63,570 nt of DNA, filler included, from Craspedostauros australis (GCA_030167865.1; 19 parts of 19 records of this genome joined end to end with filler, not necessarily neighbours in it); one strand, 5' to 3'; counted from the whole stretch's first letter, positions 49,335-61,593 are shown. The notes: generated by a model from the sequence alone, not told the origin. Numbers and translations: made by a program.

Positions 49335-51899
49335 GGCCGCGGATGGACGAGATCTGCTGTGCTTGTGTTGTGATGGGCGATCGATGATGTGGCATCGTTG
49401 GAATTGTGATTTCAATTTTGTGATCAACAATCGTGACGATCTCTTCGACGGTGAGAAGAAACAATCAAGGAGATTGAGCACAACGAAGAATGATCCATGA
49501 GCGATGGGCCACGGAGATCACCAGTGAAGCCATGTGCTGGGAGGCATCCATGGAGCTGTATGAACACACATGCCAAGTGATGCATGCGAAAACGGCGATC
49601 GAGTTGAGAGACGTGAGCGATGTGAGCACCGAAAAAATCGTTGATGTGTTGCGAAAATCAGCGATGATGGCCTCGCTGATGAGTTTTCCCGTCAGTCCCG
49701 TCGCTGAAAAAACGATTCACGAGTACTTCGGAGGCCGATGGCGACCCAACCGCAGTAAGAAGACCCCTGATTCAGGAAGATTGGAAGAAGCGCAAACTCC
49801 CAGGGATTCCGTTGGTACAAGAAAAGTGGAGGGGTACATGTAAAAGTTGCGGTCAAAAACGGAATGGGGTGAGAATGAAATTTATATTGGATCGAAGTAA
49901 TCCCCTAGGTCACGAAGGGATACATGAAGGACACATTGATAGAAATAGTCTGTCCGAGGCATTGTTGTATTGAGTTCGGTATGATGTTGAAGATATCCTT
50001 CAAACAAGGTACCACCAAACAAAGTCAACCAAATTTTGTCTAGAATATGTTTGAAAACGTGCTTTTGTTGAATGATTTGTGACATTTTATTCTTGTGTGT
50101 GAGCATGTTTTTGAAATGGACAAAAAGCAAGAAATAATTCAAAATACTCCTTTTTGTTTTCCATATCATCAGAATGTGGGTCATTCCGATAACTGCAGAG
50201 CTCTGTTTGCCTCTGTTGGTCCCGAAGGTCGTGCATGGAGAACTGGCGGAGCAGTCGTTCTTCTTCATCCCGTGTTCGCGACCTCTCCATCCACCACCAT
50301 CGCTGAGCAAAGTGTGGTTGTGGCAGAGAGTCTGTTGGCGCACCTGCGCTGATGGAGGCATAGCATGTGCCGTACGACTACTTCCCGCGCATCAGTTCTA
50401 GTAGTACGTTATCACGATCACGTACATACGAGTAAGGAGACATGAGTCATTCAATGCACTACTACTTTATGTTCCATTCATGCCCATCAGTGTTACTCCC
50501 TTGTACCTTGATTCTTCGACTGTTCGTTGCATTGCGCCAAGTTCGGCCTCCCTGGCTGGACTCCAGCCGAGAGGTTTTGCAACTGGCGTTGGCTGGACTC
50601 CGGCTGCATGGTTTTCACAACGTTGAAGAACAGAGTACTCTGGGTTACGTGCTCTGTCGGCATTGAAGTTGCACTCCAGACGCTGGCGTCGGTGGGAGGA
50701 GGATGAGACGATGCTGAAGCCACAGCTCGGTGATCGCAGATTCCTGAATCCTCCCAACACCTTGTCGCTCTTTTCTGTTCTGGTACCTCCAATGGATCGA
50801 TGATTATTGTTCCTTCTGTCGTGGGAGTACCTGCCCGATTGCCAACACGACGTTGCCAGACGGAAGGCAAGAGGGGAAGCGAGGATCTGTATCTCGGCTG
50901 TGCTTGCAGAGATAGCATAGAAGTCTTGTTGTCGACAATGATGTCAATTGCGAAACCGCCACCAACCTCAGGAACGACCGCGGAGTGTTGGCGCGAGCAG
51001 TACAGCAAACGCAACACAAGGAAGCAAAAAAAGAGCAAGCAGGCACAAGAGTGAAACCTGCAGGCCACGTAAGCTTGGGAGATTAGACACGCGAATAGAA
51101 GTTCGGTCCCAAAACAGCCTCGTCTACGATTGCTATGACCAATGCTCTTCATCTTGTGCAAAACTGCGCAGACATCTCCGAAGATCTTCTTCGCGGTTTT
51201 GGACCCATGCCATCGTGACGTCGCCTGAGAGTCTTTTGGGACTCATAATCGAAGAGCGACTTCACAACCAACAGAGTTAGCGCAATTGCTCCAGCCGGTA
51301 GAAAAACGCGGCGAGAGATGCACGGTAGTGACGAGCGGAATTGTCCTTCTTTCTGATCAGGAAACCTGATATCGCACTCGAATGCGCGCTATTACTGTAG
51401 AATGCGTTCTTGACAGGCCAAAATACCTCGCCTCGATACGCTCGTGTTGATAACTATTATGGGATGGTGTTCACAACCACTGCGAATAGCGGAGGGAAAG
51501 AGAAGTCTGCGCTTCCGTGACGCGGACATGGTTGAAGTAGTCATTCTCCACACAGGACATTACAATCTGACACAGAACCTTCGCTCGCGCGACGCCTACA
51601 GAAGAATGTGAAAGGAACAGGGATGATCAAACGCAAATACGCAGTTCGCCGCCTACAAAAACGAGGTACTTGCCAGTCCGATTGAGAGGAACCAGAAGTA
51701 GGTTCGAGACTGTGTACGAGTACGCAGAGCACTCGAAACAACAGGAACGTCATCAGGGATTGAATCGGAATGCGATCCCACCCAAGCCGTCTCCTTCATC
51801 CTCCGAGTCCACTCGAAAACTCAACACACACTCATACCGAGGATAGTACCGAGGATAGTACCGAGGAGAGGCCACAAAACACTCGCACCCTGCACCACC

Positions 51900-52544
51900 A
51901 TGTCATCGATCGTCAAACCCGCAACAAGCCAAGTGCTCCACGCCACTGAGCTCACATACGATGCCACCATGGTGGCTGACATGAGCAACAGCAACAACAT
52001 CAACATCAACAACAACAACGACAGCCCGTCGTCTCCTTCCGTCATGGACAATCCCAACAAGTCTCCCGATCCAACCAGGAAACTGCATCGATCGAAGGAA
52101 ACCGCACCATGGCGATCGGGTTCGTGCTTTCTCGGACGAGAAAAGGAACTGAAGCGGCTCCATCATGTCAACAAGAAGGTCATGGAATCATCGCGATCTC
52201 GCATTGCCGACGATGTTGCCAACTCTCCCTCCAAGCCGACCATACAGGAAGAGAGCTCGCAAGAGACTGATGCCAATGAAAACGTGTACCCCGCCGTGCT
52301 GGTATGGGGTATCAGCGGAACTGGTAAATCAGCCCTGATCGATCACTTTCTGCAAGAGTGCTGCACCTGCAACACAGAGCCAAAGCAGAAAACCGACAAG
52401 CAGAAAGAAGAAGATAAGAAGAAGACAGCGGCCAACACCTGCACCTGCTGCTACGTGCTACGCGGCAAGTACGACGAGTACACCGGTGGCAGCGATCCCT
52501 TCTCCGCCCTCATCCAGGCCATGCGCGACTTCACGTCTCAACTC
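51900..52544 (+). CDS. STAND/AAA_16-type ATPase, N-terminal fragment (near-identical to 57337-57990)
   Basis: FLGREKELKRL and Walker A GISGTGKS. Confidence 0.8.
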
Positions 52545-52644
52545 NNNNNNNNNNNNNNNNNNNNNNNNNNNNNNNNNNNNNNNNNNNNTTAATTAATTAA
52601 NNNNNNNNNNNNNNNNNNNNNNNNNNNNNNNNNNNNNNNNNNNN

Positions 52645-53707
52645 AACAGAACCCGGCCGAGCACAACGCCATCCTGTACATGAAGCGATGTGTCACGACG
52701 CTCATTGACCGGACAGGGGCACCACCAAGAGCATGGTTCCACGCTTTCCGATACATGTGCTACGTGCACAACCACACATCAGACCCGTCCCTGCGATACG
52801 CAATCCCATACACCGTACGACACGGAGAGACCGTTGACATCTCTGCGCTCTTGACTTTCCAATTCTACGAGAAGGTCTTGTACCATGACCCCAACGCTAC
52901 CTTCCCGAATTCGAAGGAGAAGTCAGGATACTGGCTCGGCGTGGCAGAATCCCATGGGGACTTCCTCACCTACCACGTGCTGGATGACGAATCCCGACGT
53001 GTACTGGTACGAAGCGTGGTCCGCCCCTTCAGGAAGGGCATAAACAACAACAGGCGTGTCACCTTCGACCAAGACATGGACCCCGAGACAGATAACCCCA
53101 GCACACGGACCCCGCTGGAACTGTCTGGTACCCCGCAAGGATGGAAGACCAAGATCCCACCTAAAAGAGGGTACGCAGCGACGGCCAAGACGACGCACCC
53201 ACGGGCATGGGAAAACAAGACCAACAAACCGACGCGACCCACCGGGATCCCCAATTCAGGGGAGGCACGGAACACAGGACCTGTCACTCGATCCCAAACG
53301 CTGACCAAACGGGCAGCGAAGGCACCCACGACGCGTGACACCAAAAAGGACAAACCGCGAACGAACCGCGATACGCCAGACAGGGGAGACTCTGACCCAG
53401 GGTCTTCGTACCTTCCGTGTTCGTCGGGACCACCATCATACCAACGCATGGATGACGGCCCCGAAGAAAGGGGAGGGAATAAGAGGACCAAGCAAAACAA
53501 ACGATCTGTTTTGTCAACAGGTACCAGGAAGGGCATCCCATGGAAGAACATCGTCCATGGAACGATCAGATCCATAATCCAGACCATCGCAGCGGATCCA
53601 GTCACGACAGGCGTGAACACCATGCCACCGCAAAGGGTACCCACCCTAACAAACCATCCAGGGAACCCGAGGCAGAACCCACCAGGGTGCAACACGAACA
53701 TCCCATG
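52645..53707 (+). mobile_element. Copia (CoDi-like) integrase C-terminal fragment
   Basis: AWFHAFRYMCYVHNHT...GETVDISALLTFQFYEKVLYHDP...FPNSKEKSGYWLGVAESHGDFLTY...RSVVRP, paralleling the integrase at ~11150-11450. Confidence 0.85.
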
Positions 53708-53994
53708 NNNNNNNNNNNNNNNNNNNNNNNNNNNNNNNNNNNNNNNNNNNNTTAATTAATTAANNNNNNNNNNNNNNNNNNNNNNNNNNNNNNNNNNNNN
53801 NNNNNNNATCACCAAAGGCGACGGTGAAGGCATGCCGGACGCACCATTCAATGATTGGATCTCAAGTTGCTCCAGCTCCTTTCACAGATTCTATCCTAAT
53901 GACTATTCTGACGACTATTTTTATCCATCAACTCAATTCCGTCGTGCGTCCAATTCTTGAAAACTTCTGGTATGGCATGGTCTGGTGTGGCGCT

Positions 53995-55739
53995 TCACTC
54001 CTCTTCTCCAGCAGCACCGTCCGTCTCAATCATTTTGGATGATTTGGTAGTCATAGAGCGGACGAAGTCCACCAATGTCACCCGATCCATGTATGAATCC
54101 CCTTCTACTGTACCCTTGTCCTCATCAACAACCTTGTACAGGTCCATCATGGACATATGACTGTACTCATCATCAGTACCATCACTCTCCGCTCCCCCAT
54201 TGCGGAGGACACGAATACCTCCCATCAGTTGATGGTGTAGAATCAGTTTGCTTAAATCTAGATGAGTGAACATATCCTTCTCACTTTCAGGTGCCATTCT
54301 CATTGCTGCATCCTTCAACACCATACAGTTGTGCTGATCAGCGAATATCAATGCATCTATCATGGTGTCCTCTGTGAGATGCTTGCGGACCAACTCCGCT
54401 TCAAGAACAAGCTTGAGTCGCCAGAAGCCGAACTCGTTGGCCACAAGGATCAGCTGTTGCAGATCGTCCTGTCCAGTGAAGGTGGGAGTGGGCTGGTTTG
54501 CGTCATCATCGCCAGCGTAGTCATGAGTGATGTTGTTGAAGGATATCTCACCTCTGTAGATGCATTGGAGGACGTATCGGACATGGTTTGGTTGAAGGTT
54601 GGGAAGAGGGATGGTTGTTTGGATGGGGCCTCACTGTCTTTGGTGCCATCATTTGCATACTGATGTTGGATTCCAGGGCCGATAAGTGTCTCATTGGATG
54701 GGGCAGTGATCCCGAGGACTTGGATGTTTGCCTTGATTGGTTGTTGTTGGTCGCCCTGGCCGCACAAAAAGATGGTGTCTTCCCTATTCCCAGTTTAGAA
54801 AGATCTGAGGCGGTCTTCTCCAATGCTGATGTTGGTCCTCTTGTGGTCACTGTGGTTGTGTTCATTCTCTTGCTTCTTCCGCTTCAACTGGTGTCTCGAC
54901 TGTTGTTGTTGTTGTTGTTGTTGTTCCTTCGGCTTCAACTGCTGTCCCAACTGTTCTTGTGGCTGTTCATTCTCTTGCTCGTTTTGTTGCAAGCGTTGTT
55001 GCAGTTGTGGGTGAACTGAAGGCGAAAGTCCTCTAATGAGGGACTCGATACACTCCAGCTTGCCGTTGCGGCATGCGTGATGAAGGGGAGTCCAACCATT
55101 GTTGTTTCGGCAGTTGATGTTCGCTCCACCTGATTTGGTGAGGTACTCCACGCACTCCAGGTGGCCGTTGTAGCATGCCCAATGAAGGGGAGTGAGACCA
55201 TCGTTGTTTTGGCAGTTGATGTTCGCCTCACATGATTCAATGAGGTACTTGACACACTCCAGGTGGTCGTACATGCATGCCCAATGAAGGGGAGTGAGAC
55301 CATAGTTGTCTTTGCAGTTGATGTTCGCCTCACATGATTCGATGAGGTACTTCACACACTCCAGGTGGCCGTTGAAGCATGCCCGATGAAGGGGAGTGGA
55401 ACCTATGTTGTTTTTGCAGTTGATGTCCGCCTCACATGATTCGATGAGGTACTTGACACACTCCAGGTGGCCGTTGCAGCATGCAAAAAGAAGGGGAGTG
55501 GAACCATTGCTGTTTTTGCAGTTGATGTCCGCCTCACATGATTCAATGAGGTACTTGGCACACTCCAGGTGGCCGTTGTGGCATGCCCAATGAAGGGCAG
55601 TCCGACCTCTCCTGCCTGTAACCTTGTTGATGTCAACTCCTTCATTCTGCGTCTTGTTCTGCTTCTTCCATTCCTTCAACACCGACATGTCACCTGCGAC
55701 GGCAGCATCAACGAGTTGTTCGTTCGTAACATTCGGCAT
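53995..55739 (-). pseudogene. Ankyrin-repeat + BTB/POZ protein, disrupted; an ankyrin-only 314-aa product is possible
   Basis: Six 34-aa ankyrin repeats and a Q-rich linker, then TAA at 54795-54797. The BTB start follows in frame (TGNREDTIFLCG...IKANIQVLGITAP), then a frameshift near 54620 and the rest of the BTB (VLQCIYRGE...LILVANEFGFWRLK...ALIFADQHNCMVLKDAAM). Confidence 0.8.
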
Positions 55740-56314
55740 GTTGAGAGGATGGTTGATGGTTGGTGGTCTTTTGGCGTTGGATTGGCTGTCGAGGAAATGT
55801 GTGGTCTGAGCTATCTACTACGAGGCAGAGATATCAATGGTGTGTCTTCAATGGCTTGTATTCGTATGAGTACGTACCATACACTGCGTGATGAATAGTA
55901 GTATGCGTTGCAATTCGATGTCTGTTGTTGATGTGCTCGAGTATGGAGTTGTGTGTTGTCTTGGTCGCATGGGGGTCTCCTTCTGTTGATCGCACTCCCT
56001 CTCGGGTTCTGGTTTGGATCCTTCTGTTGCCACCCATCACGAAAATGCGCGCAGACAACAAGGAAGAAAGGAAGCAAACACGTTCTGAGAACAACGCAGA
56101 CTTCTCTTCTGTGGCATCGTCGGAGATGAGATTCTTCGACTGGTAGGACCATTCAGGAAGATCAATGACAGAGTTGGCGAACACCAACAAGTACCCTGTG
56201 GCTATCATGCATTGNNNNNNNNNNNNNNNNNNNNNNNNNNNNNNNNNNNNNNNNNNNNTTAATTAATTAANNNNNNNNNNNNNNNNNNNNNNNNNNNNNN
56301 NNNNNNNNNNNNNN

Positions 56315-56331
56315 TTAGGTTAGGGTTAGGG
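56315..56331 (+). repeat. Short TTAGGG telomere-type repeat at contig start
   Basis: TTAGGTTAGGGTTAGGG. Confidence 0.6.
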
Positions 56332-57381
56332 GGCTTGGGGTTCGGGATGCCACCACCAGGCAACATCAAATGAGCAGCGCACCGCTGTTCCGGAAGCCCA
56401 GCAAGTCGTGGAAACCATGGGCGCCAATTCTGCAACGGACAATGACATGTCGTGTTGGACTAGCTTCCCACTTTTCAAACACTGATTGTCGAACGGGAAC
56501 CCCAATCTTTCCCGAAATCCACACTCAAAAGTATCAAAACAGTGACGTCTGTACGTCGCCTCCAAATTAGTTGTAGCCTTNNNNNNNNNNNNNNNNNNNN
56601 NNNNNNNNNNNNNNNNNNNNNNNNNNNNNNNGTCTTGAGGGTTGTGTAGGGTCCTCACATATAGGGCTATCGATGTGTGAAGTTTAAGAGGCAGCAATTT
56701 GGAATCATCGGGGAATATCCATCGATCCTGTTGAACCCGGGTCTTATATTGTGATGCTGGAGGTTCTCAATATGCCGTCGCAAAGAACAACAATGCCATG
56801 AGAGAGTGGTTTTATTAGTCCAATGACGATGTCGTTGAAGTCGCCACGTTCTTCAGGGCAGTCGGAGCATGCCGTGTGTGCCTGCGCAGTTGAAATTTCG
56901 CGTTTAACAATCCACATTCACAGCCAACACAAAAAGAACAGACCCCAACATGGACCAAAACGATTCTGGTCATTCGTGATGTGGGGCACAGGGAAACACA
57001 AGAGCAGAGAGAATCTCCAACGAAACGTCTCCACCGCTGTCTACAGGAGGTACTCGGTCGACCCTGAGCGTTGGGCTGTTGGGAGATGCAGATGTTCGCC
57101 ACCGATCACGAACGACCAGTTCAGCGACGACGCCCGAATTGCTTTGTGCGCACCAACACCGTGCGACTGTGAACATTGGTGGCAACACCAAGAGATGATG
57201 ACCACCAACCAAGGAAGGGGGACGCGATTCGGCTCGTCACATTTTTCCCCATCGCGTTTCAGGTTTCGATCCAACACAACGCAACAAGAGGCGACACACA
57301 ACAACCTTCGCTACACCAACAATCGCCGAACTCACAACAAGCCAAGTGCTCCACGCCACTGAGCTCACATACGATGCCACC

Positions 57382-60300
57382 ATGGTAGCTGACATGAGCA
57401 ACAGCAACAGCAGCAACAGCAACAACAACGACAGCCCGCCGTCTCCTTCCACCATGGACAATCCCAACAAGTCTCCCGATCCAACCAGGAAACTGCATCG
57501 ATCGAAGGAAACCGCACCATGGCGATCGGGTTCGTGCTTTCTCGGACGAGAAAAGGAACTGAAGCGGCTCCACCATGTCAACGAGAAGGTCATGGAATCA
57601 TGGCGATCTCGCATTGCCGACGATGTTGCCAACTCTCCCTCCAAGCCGGCCATACAGGAAGAGAGCTCGCAAGAGACTGATGCCAATGAAAACGTGTACC
57701 CCGCCGTGCTGGTGTGGGGTATCAGCGGAACTGGTAAATCAGCCCTGATCGATCACTTTCTGCAAGAGTGCTGCACCTGCAACACAGAGCCAAAGCAGAA
57801 GACCGACAAGCAGCGAGAAGAAGATAAGAAGAAGACAACGACAACGCCAACGACAGAGACGAAGGAGAAGGCAGCGGCCAACACCTGCACCTGCTGCTAC
57901 GTGCTGCGCGGCAAGTACGACGAGTACACCGGTGGCAGCGATCCCTTCTCCGCCCTCATCCAGGCCATGCGCGACTTCACGTCTCAACTCAAGCGCGGAC
58001 CGGNAGAAGAGCTCGATCGAATCCGCCGATGCGTCAAGGAAGCCTTTCCCACGGATGGATTCATTCCGCTCATCAAGGTGGTGCCGGCCCTTGCCATCCT
58101 CTCACCCCACGCAACAATCCATGAAGACGGATCGATCACTCATCACTCCACAAGCCAGCGCCGTTACAGTAAGTTCGTCGCTGGAGCTATCAGCAATGCG
58201 GGAAGTATGAGTGTCAGCCAGAACCTAACCGAGGGCCTATCTTCGAGTGCCATGCCAGCAGCGGCTCAGCTGCTGGGTGATGGCTCATGGAACCAGCTGC
58301 AGTACATCTTCATGCAGTTCATCAAGGCCATATCTACGACGGAACGTCCCATCTACATGTTCCTGGATGATCTGCAGTGGTCATCTGGCGTTGGCTTGCG
58401 CCTCCTGGCCAGTCTGATGGAAGACACGGACCTCAAGAACTTCCTCCTTGTGGGTGCTGTCCGACAGGAGACGAATCCGCACAACGAGGAAGTGCTGGAC
58501 TTGCCACCAAATCATGCGCTGTCGACTGCCTTCTTGCAAAAACTTGAGGCGACAGAAGACAGCGATGGTGGACTCAGCCACGGCGCTTCCCATCGGCAGC
58601 ATCGAACGCTCAGCCACGTCACCATTGCAAACCTATCGTTGGCAGACACCACCGCATGGCTTGAGAGCATGCTGTGTTGCGAAGACATCGATATCCTCTC
58701 GAAGAAGCTGCACATCAAGACCAACGGCAACATCTTCTTCACGTTGCAGGCATTGGAAGAGCTGGAGAGGAAGAACATCCTCACATACAACCAAGCTTCA
58801 TCTCAGTGGGAGTGGAAGGTCCCAAACCAAGGAGGTGGCAAAGGCAGCAGCAGCTTCCGCACCGTGGATCTGCCCATCAGTCACAACATCGTCCACGCCA
58901 TCGAGTCCAAGCTCAAGGATCTCCCACCACTGCTCCAAAGAGCCCTATCCGTCGCAGCCTACATCGGATCGACCTTCCACCTCTCTATTTTGCGGCTCGT
59001 GCTGCAGAATGAGCAAGGCCATGTGGATGGTGTGATCAGTGCTACGATCGATGAGGACGACATCGTCTCCAACGAACAAGCACTCTCTGAACTCCTGGAA
59101 CAGGCCGTCCTCGAGCGTCTGGTCAACAACCCCATCGGCGGCACCATGTACAACTTCGCCCATGACCGCATCCAGCAGGCTGCACATGGAATGATCCCTC
59201 ATGGCGAGGTCCGCGACAAGCTGCGGCTGCGTATCGGCCACTGCCTGCTGAAGAACTACCGGCTCGGACGGAATGACGACGATCCCTTGAAGGAGAATGA
59301 CGATGACGACGAGCATGTCAAGTCCAAGGCACCATGCCATAAGCGGCTGCAACAGCACAGCATGCCAGCGCAATCAGCACAATCAACGCACTCTACCTCG
59401 CAGACGAAACCATCCAAGTCATCATCCCCACGATTGGACGAGATCGAAGGCCTTCTCTTCGTGGCAATTGATCATCTCAACAGTATCCAGACCAAGGACC
59501 ACATGTTCACCGTCATGATGAACCTCGAGGTTGGCGAGAAGGCATTGCAGATGGGGGCCTTGCAATCGGCATCCAACTACTTGGAGAAGGCGTTCACTGC
59601 CTTGCGTCGCGTGAAGAATCATACTTCCCCCAGTACCAACAGCACCAACTCCAACAGCAGTGCTGGCAGTATCAGCAGCACTTCTTCCGTCCAACAAGCT
59701 GTTCATCGATCAGCATGGAACAATGCAGAGCACTACGACGCGTGCTTGCGACTGTACCACGCCCGCTGTGATGTGGAGCTGTCGCTGAGCCACTTCGAGG
59801 TTGGGTACAAGCTCGGCTACGAAGTGTTGGACAGGGCTCGGTCGCTTGAGGACAAGCTCCCCACGTACTTCGCGATGGCCAAGGCGCTGGGCAGGGAAGA
59901 TCGCCATCTGGACGCCCAGCAACTCGACAAACGAGCGCTCCGAGCAATGAAAGAGTTCCCGAAGAGATGGCACTTGCTGCGCAGCGCCAAGATGCTGCTG
60001 GATATCAAGTCGTTCCTGAAGAAGAACACGAACGAGCAGATCATGTCCTTGCCGCTGATGACAGGCGCCAGGACAATCTACGCAATGAAGATCGGCGCCG
60101 ACTTTGGCGCTCGTGCCCATATCGTCCGAGACGTAACTGCGATGATATTCAATCTCTGCAAGGCAATAAAAAGAACCATTCGGTACGGCATATGCGAAGA
60201 CTCGGCAACTGCCTTCGTAACTTATGGTCTCATCATGAGCACCACAGGACACCAAACCCTAGCACAACGCTGCGCAGACATTGGATTTGGAATCATCGAC

Positions 60301-61593
60301 AGAACCAACGGGAAGTCAAAGAGCGCGCTTGTTTCCCTTATCATAACGAGCTACATTTCGTCATTCAACGTGCCTTTCTTGGAGCTTCTACAGCAATGTC
60401 GGAAGGGATACAAGGATTCAATGGAAGTTGGGGAATTCGAGATGGGCATAGTGACCTATCAAACCTTCATCATACTAGCTTTTGTAGCTGGATGCACACT
60501 ACTTCCTCTGATCAAGGCAATCCAGGGAGCTCTCCAAAAAATCGACATTCATCAGGTCCTTTCCTTCAGCGGAATGGCCGAGGAAGTTTTGGTCATGCTG
60601 AAGTGGTTGGTTGGAGATACGCCGACCCCATGGCAAGACTTCGAGGCTGAAGCCGCACGAGGTCTCGACAAGCAGTCACTTGATCCGTCAGAAAGTTCAG
60701 GAGATACGGTGCACTTCTTTGCTCGGGTATTCCTCTCGATCTATCATCGGCGGTACACGACCGCAGAACGCTTCTTCAAGTGCTTTCACTTCTTCGCTTC
60801 GAAAGACACATCCTATCTGAATTTGTTGGCGTTGCCGTTCTTCTCGGGCCTGATCGCGGCAGGAAGGTATAGGCAGACGGGGCACCGGCACTACTTGTCA
60901 ACGCTGCGCAAGTCCATCAAGACCCTCCGCAACATCGGGAAGACCAGAGGAAGGAACTGGATTCACACGGCATTCTTGCTGGAGGCAGAAGAACTGTCGA
61001 TCACCGTAAAGGACAAGCGCCATTCCAGGATCCAGCACGCGTATAACCTTGCGATCATCACGGCCACGCAGTCCATGTGCATCCATGATGTAGCTCTTGC
61101 TTATGAGCTGGCGGGGGAACACTACATCAGTCATGATGGCCCAGATCTGGTTGGTGACTACTTCGACAACGCCGTTGAGCACTACGCGGCATGGGGCTGC
61201 AAGACCAAGGTCGATGACATCAAGGAACGACGTGGTCAATTCGTGACCACACGATACCACCGCAGCAAGGCAAACCCAAAGCTCACGGAGTGGACCCGCC
61301 ACAGCCACAAGATCGAAGAGCTATTCGGGATTGTGTCGAGGGCGAATCTCGCTGGATTCGAGGTTGTGCCACGGCCCAGTCCAACCGAAATGCGTTCTGC
61401 AAATAGCCCTCGGTATAACGTTGATGGTTGCACAGATGCATCAGGTTCCAAGGCGAGGTCGAAGTCTAATAACACAGCCATAGCGTTTGACGATGACAGC
61501 ACAGAGCATCATGGCAAGCGCCACGACCACGACCACGACCACGACCATGATGATGACGATGATGATGTCTCGGCATTGACAGACATCTCATAG
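57382..61593 (+). CDS. Full-length STAND/AAA_16 ATPase with a helical (TPR-like) C-terminus
   Basis: Single ORF of ~1400 aa with GREKE, Walker A GISGTGKS, Walker B MFLDDLQW, TNGNIFF, FAHDRIQQAA, ALAYELAGE and YAAWGCKTKV. Confidence 0.9.
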   Translation: MVADMSNSNSSNSNNNDSPPSPSTMDNPNKSPDPTRKLHRSKETAPWRSGSCFLGREKELKRLHHVNEKVMESWRSRIADDVANSPSKPAIQEESSQETDANENVYPAVLVWGISGTGKSALIDHFLQECCTCNTEPKQKTDKQREEDKKKTTTTPTTETKEKAAANTCTCCYVLRGKYDEYTGGSDPFSALIQAMRDFTSQLKRGPXEELDRIRRCVKEAFPTDGFIPLIKVVPALAILSPHATIHEDGSITHHSTSQRRYSKFVAGAISNAGSMSVSQNLTEGLSSSAMPAAAQLLGDGSWNQLQYIFMQFIKAISTTERPIYMFLDDLQWSSGVGLRLLASLMEDTDLKNFLLVGAVRQETNPHNEEVLDLPPNHALSTAFLQKLEATEDSDGGLSHGASHRQHRTLSHVTIANLSLADTTAWLESMLCCEDIDILSKKLHIKTNGNIFFTLQALEELERKNILTYNQASSQWEWKVPNQGGGKGSSSFRTVDLPISHNIVHAIESKLKDLPPLLQRALSVAAYIGSTFHLSILRLVLQNEQGHVDGVISATIDEDDIVSNEQALSELLEQAVLERLVNNPIGGTMYNFAHDRIQQAAHGMIPHGEVRDKLRLRIGHCLLKNYRLGRNDDDPLKENDDDDEHVKSKAPCHKRLQQHSMPAQSAQSTHSTSQTKPSKSSSPRLDEIEGLLFVAIDHLNSIQTKDHMFTVMMNLEVGEKALQMGALQSASNYLEKAFTALRRVKNHTSPSTNSTNSNSSAGSISSTSSVQQAVHRSAWNNAEHYDACLRLYHARCDVELSLSHFEVGYKLGYEVLDRARSLEDKLPTYFAMAKALGREDRHLDAQQLDKRALRAMKEFPKRWHLLRSAKMLLDIKSFLKKNTNEQIMSLPLMTGARTIYAMKIGADFGARAHIVRDVTAMIFNLCKAIKRTIRYGICEDSATAFVTYGLIMSTTGHQTLAQRCADIGFGIIDRTNGKSKSALVSLIITSYISSFNVPFLELLQQCRKGYKDSMEVGEFEMGIVTYQTFIILAFVAGCTLLPLIKAIQGALQKIDIHQVLSFSGMAEEVLVMLKWLVGDTPTPWQDFEAEAARGLDKQSLDPSESSGDTVHFFARVFLSIYHRRYTTAERFFKCFHFFASKDTSYLNLLALPFFSGLIAAGRYRQTGHRHYLSTLRKSIKTLRNIGKTRGRNWIHTAFLLEAEELSITVKDKRHSRIQHAYNLAIITATQSMCIHDVALAYELAGEHYISHDGPDLVGDYFDNAVEHYAAWGCKTKVDDIKERRGQFVTTRYHRSKANPKLTEWTRHSHKIEELFGIVSRANLAGFEVVPRPSPTEMRSANSPRYNVDGCTDASGSKARSKSNNTAIAFDDDSTEHHGKRHDHDHDHDHDDDDDDVSALTDIS

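Noticed and set aside
13734..61593. An immune gene island combining LRR-like, ankyrin-BTB and STAND genes
   Set aside because: The genes lie on different concatenated contigs, so physical linkage cannot be inferred.
57382..61593. Bacterial contaminant contig
   Set aside because: Low-complexity insertions, absence of operon structure, a TTAGGG tract and eukaryote-style paralogues in the window argue for a host gene.
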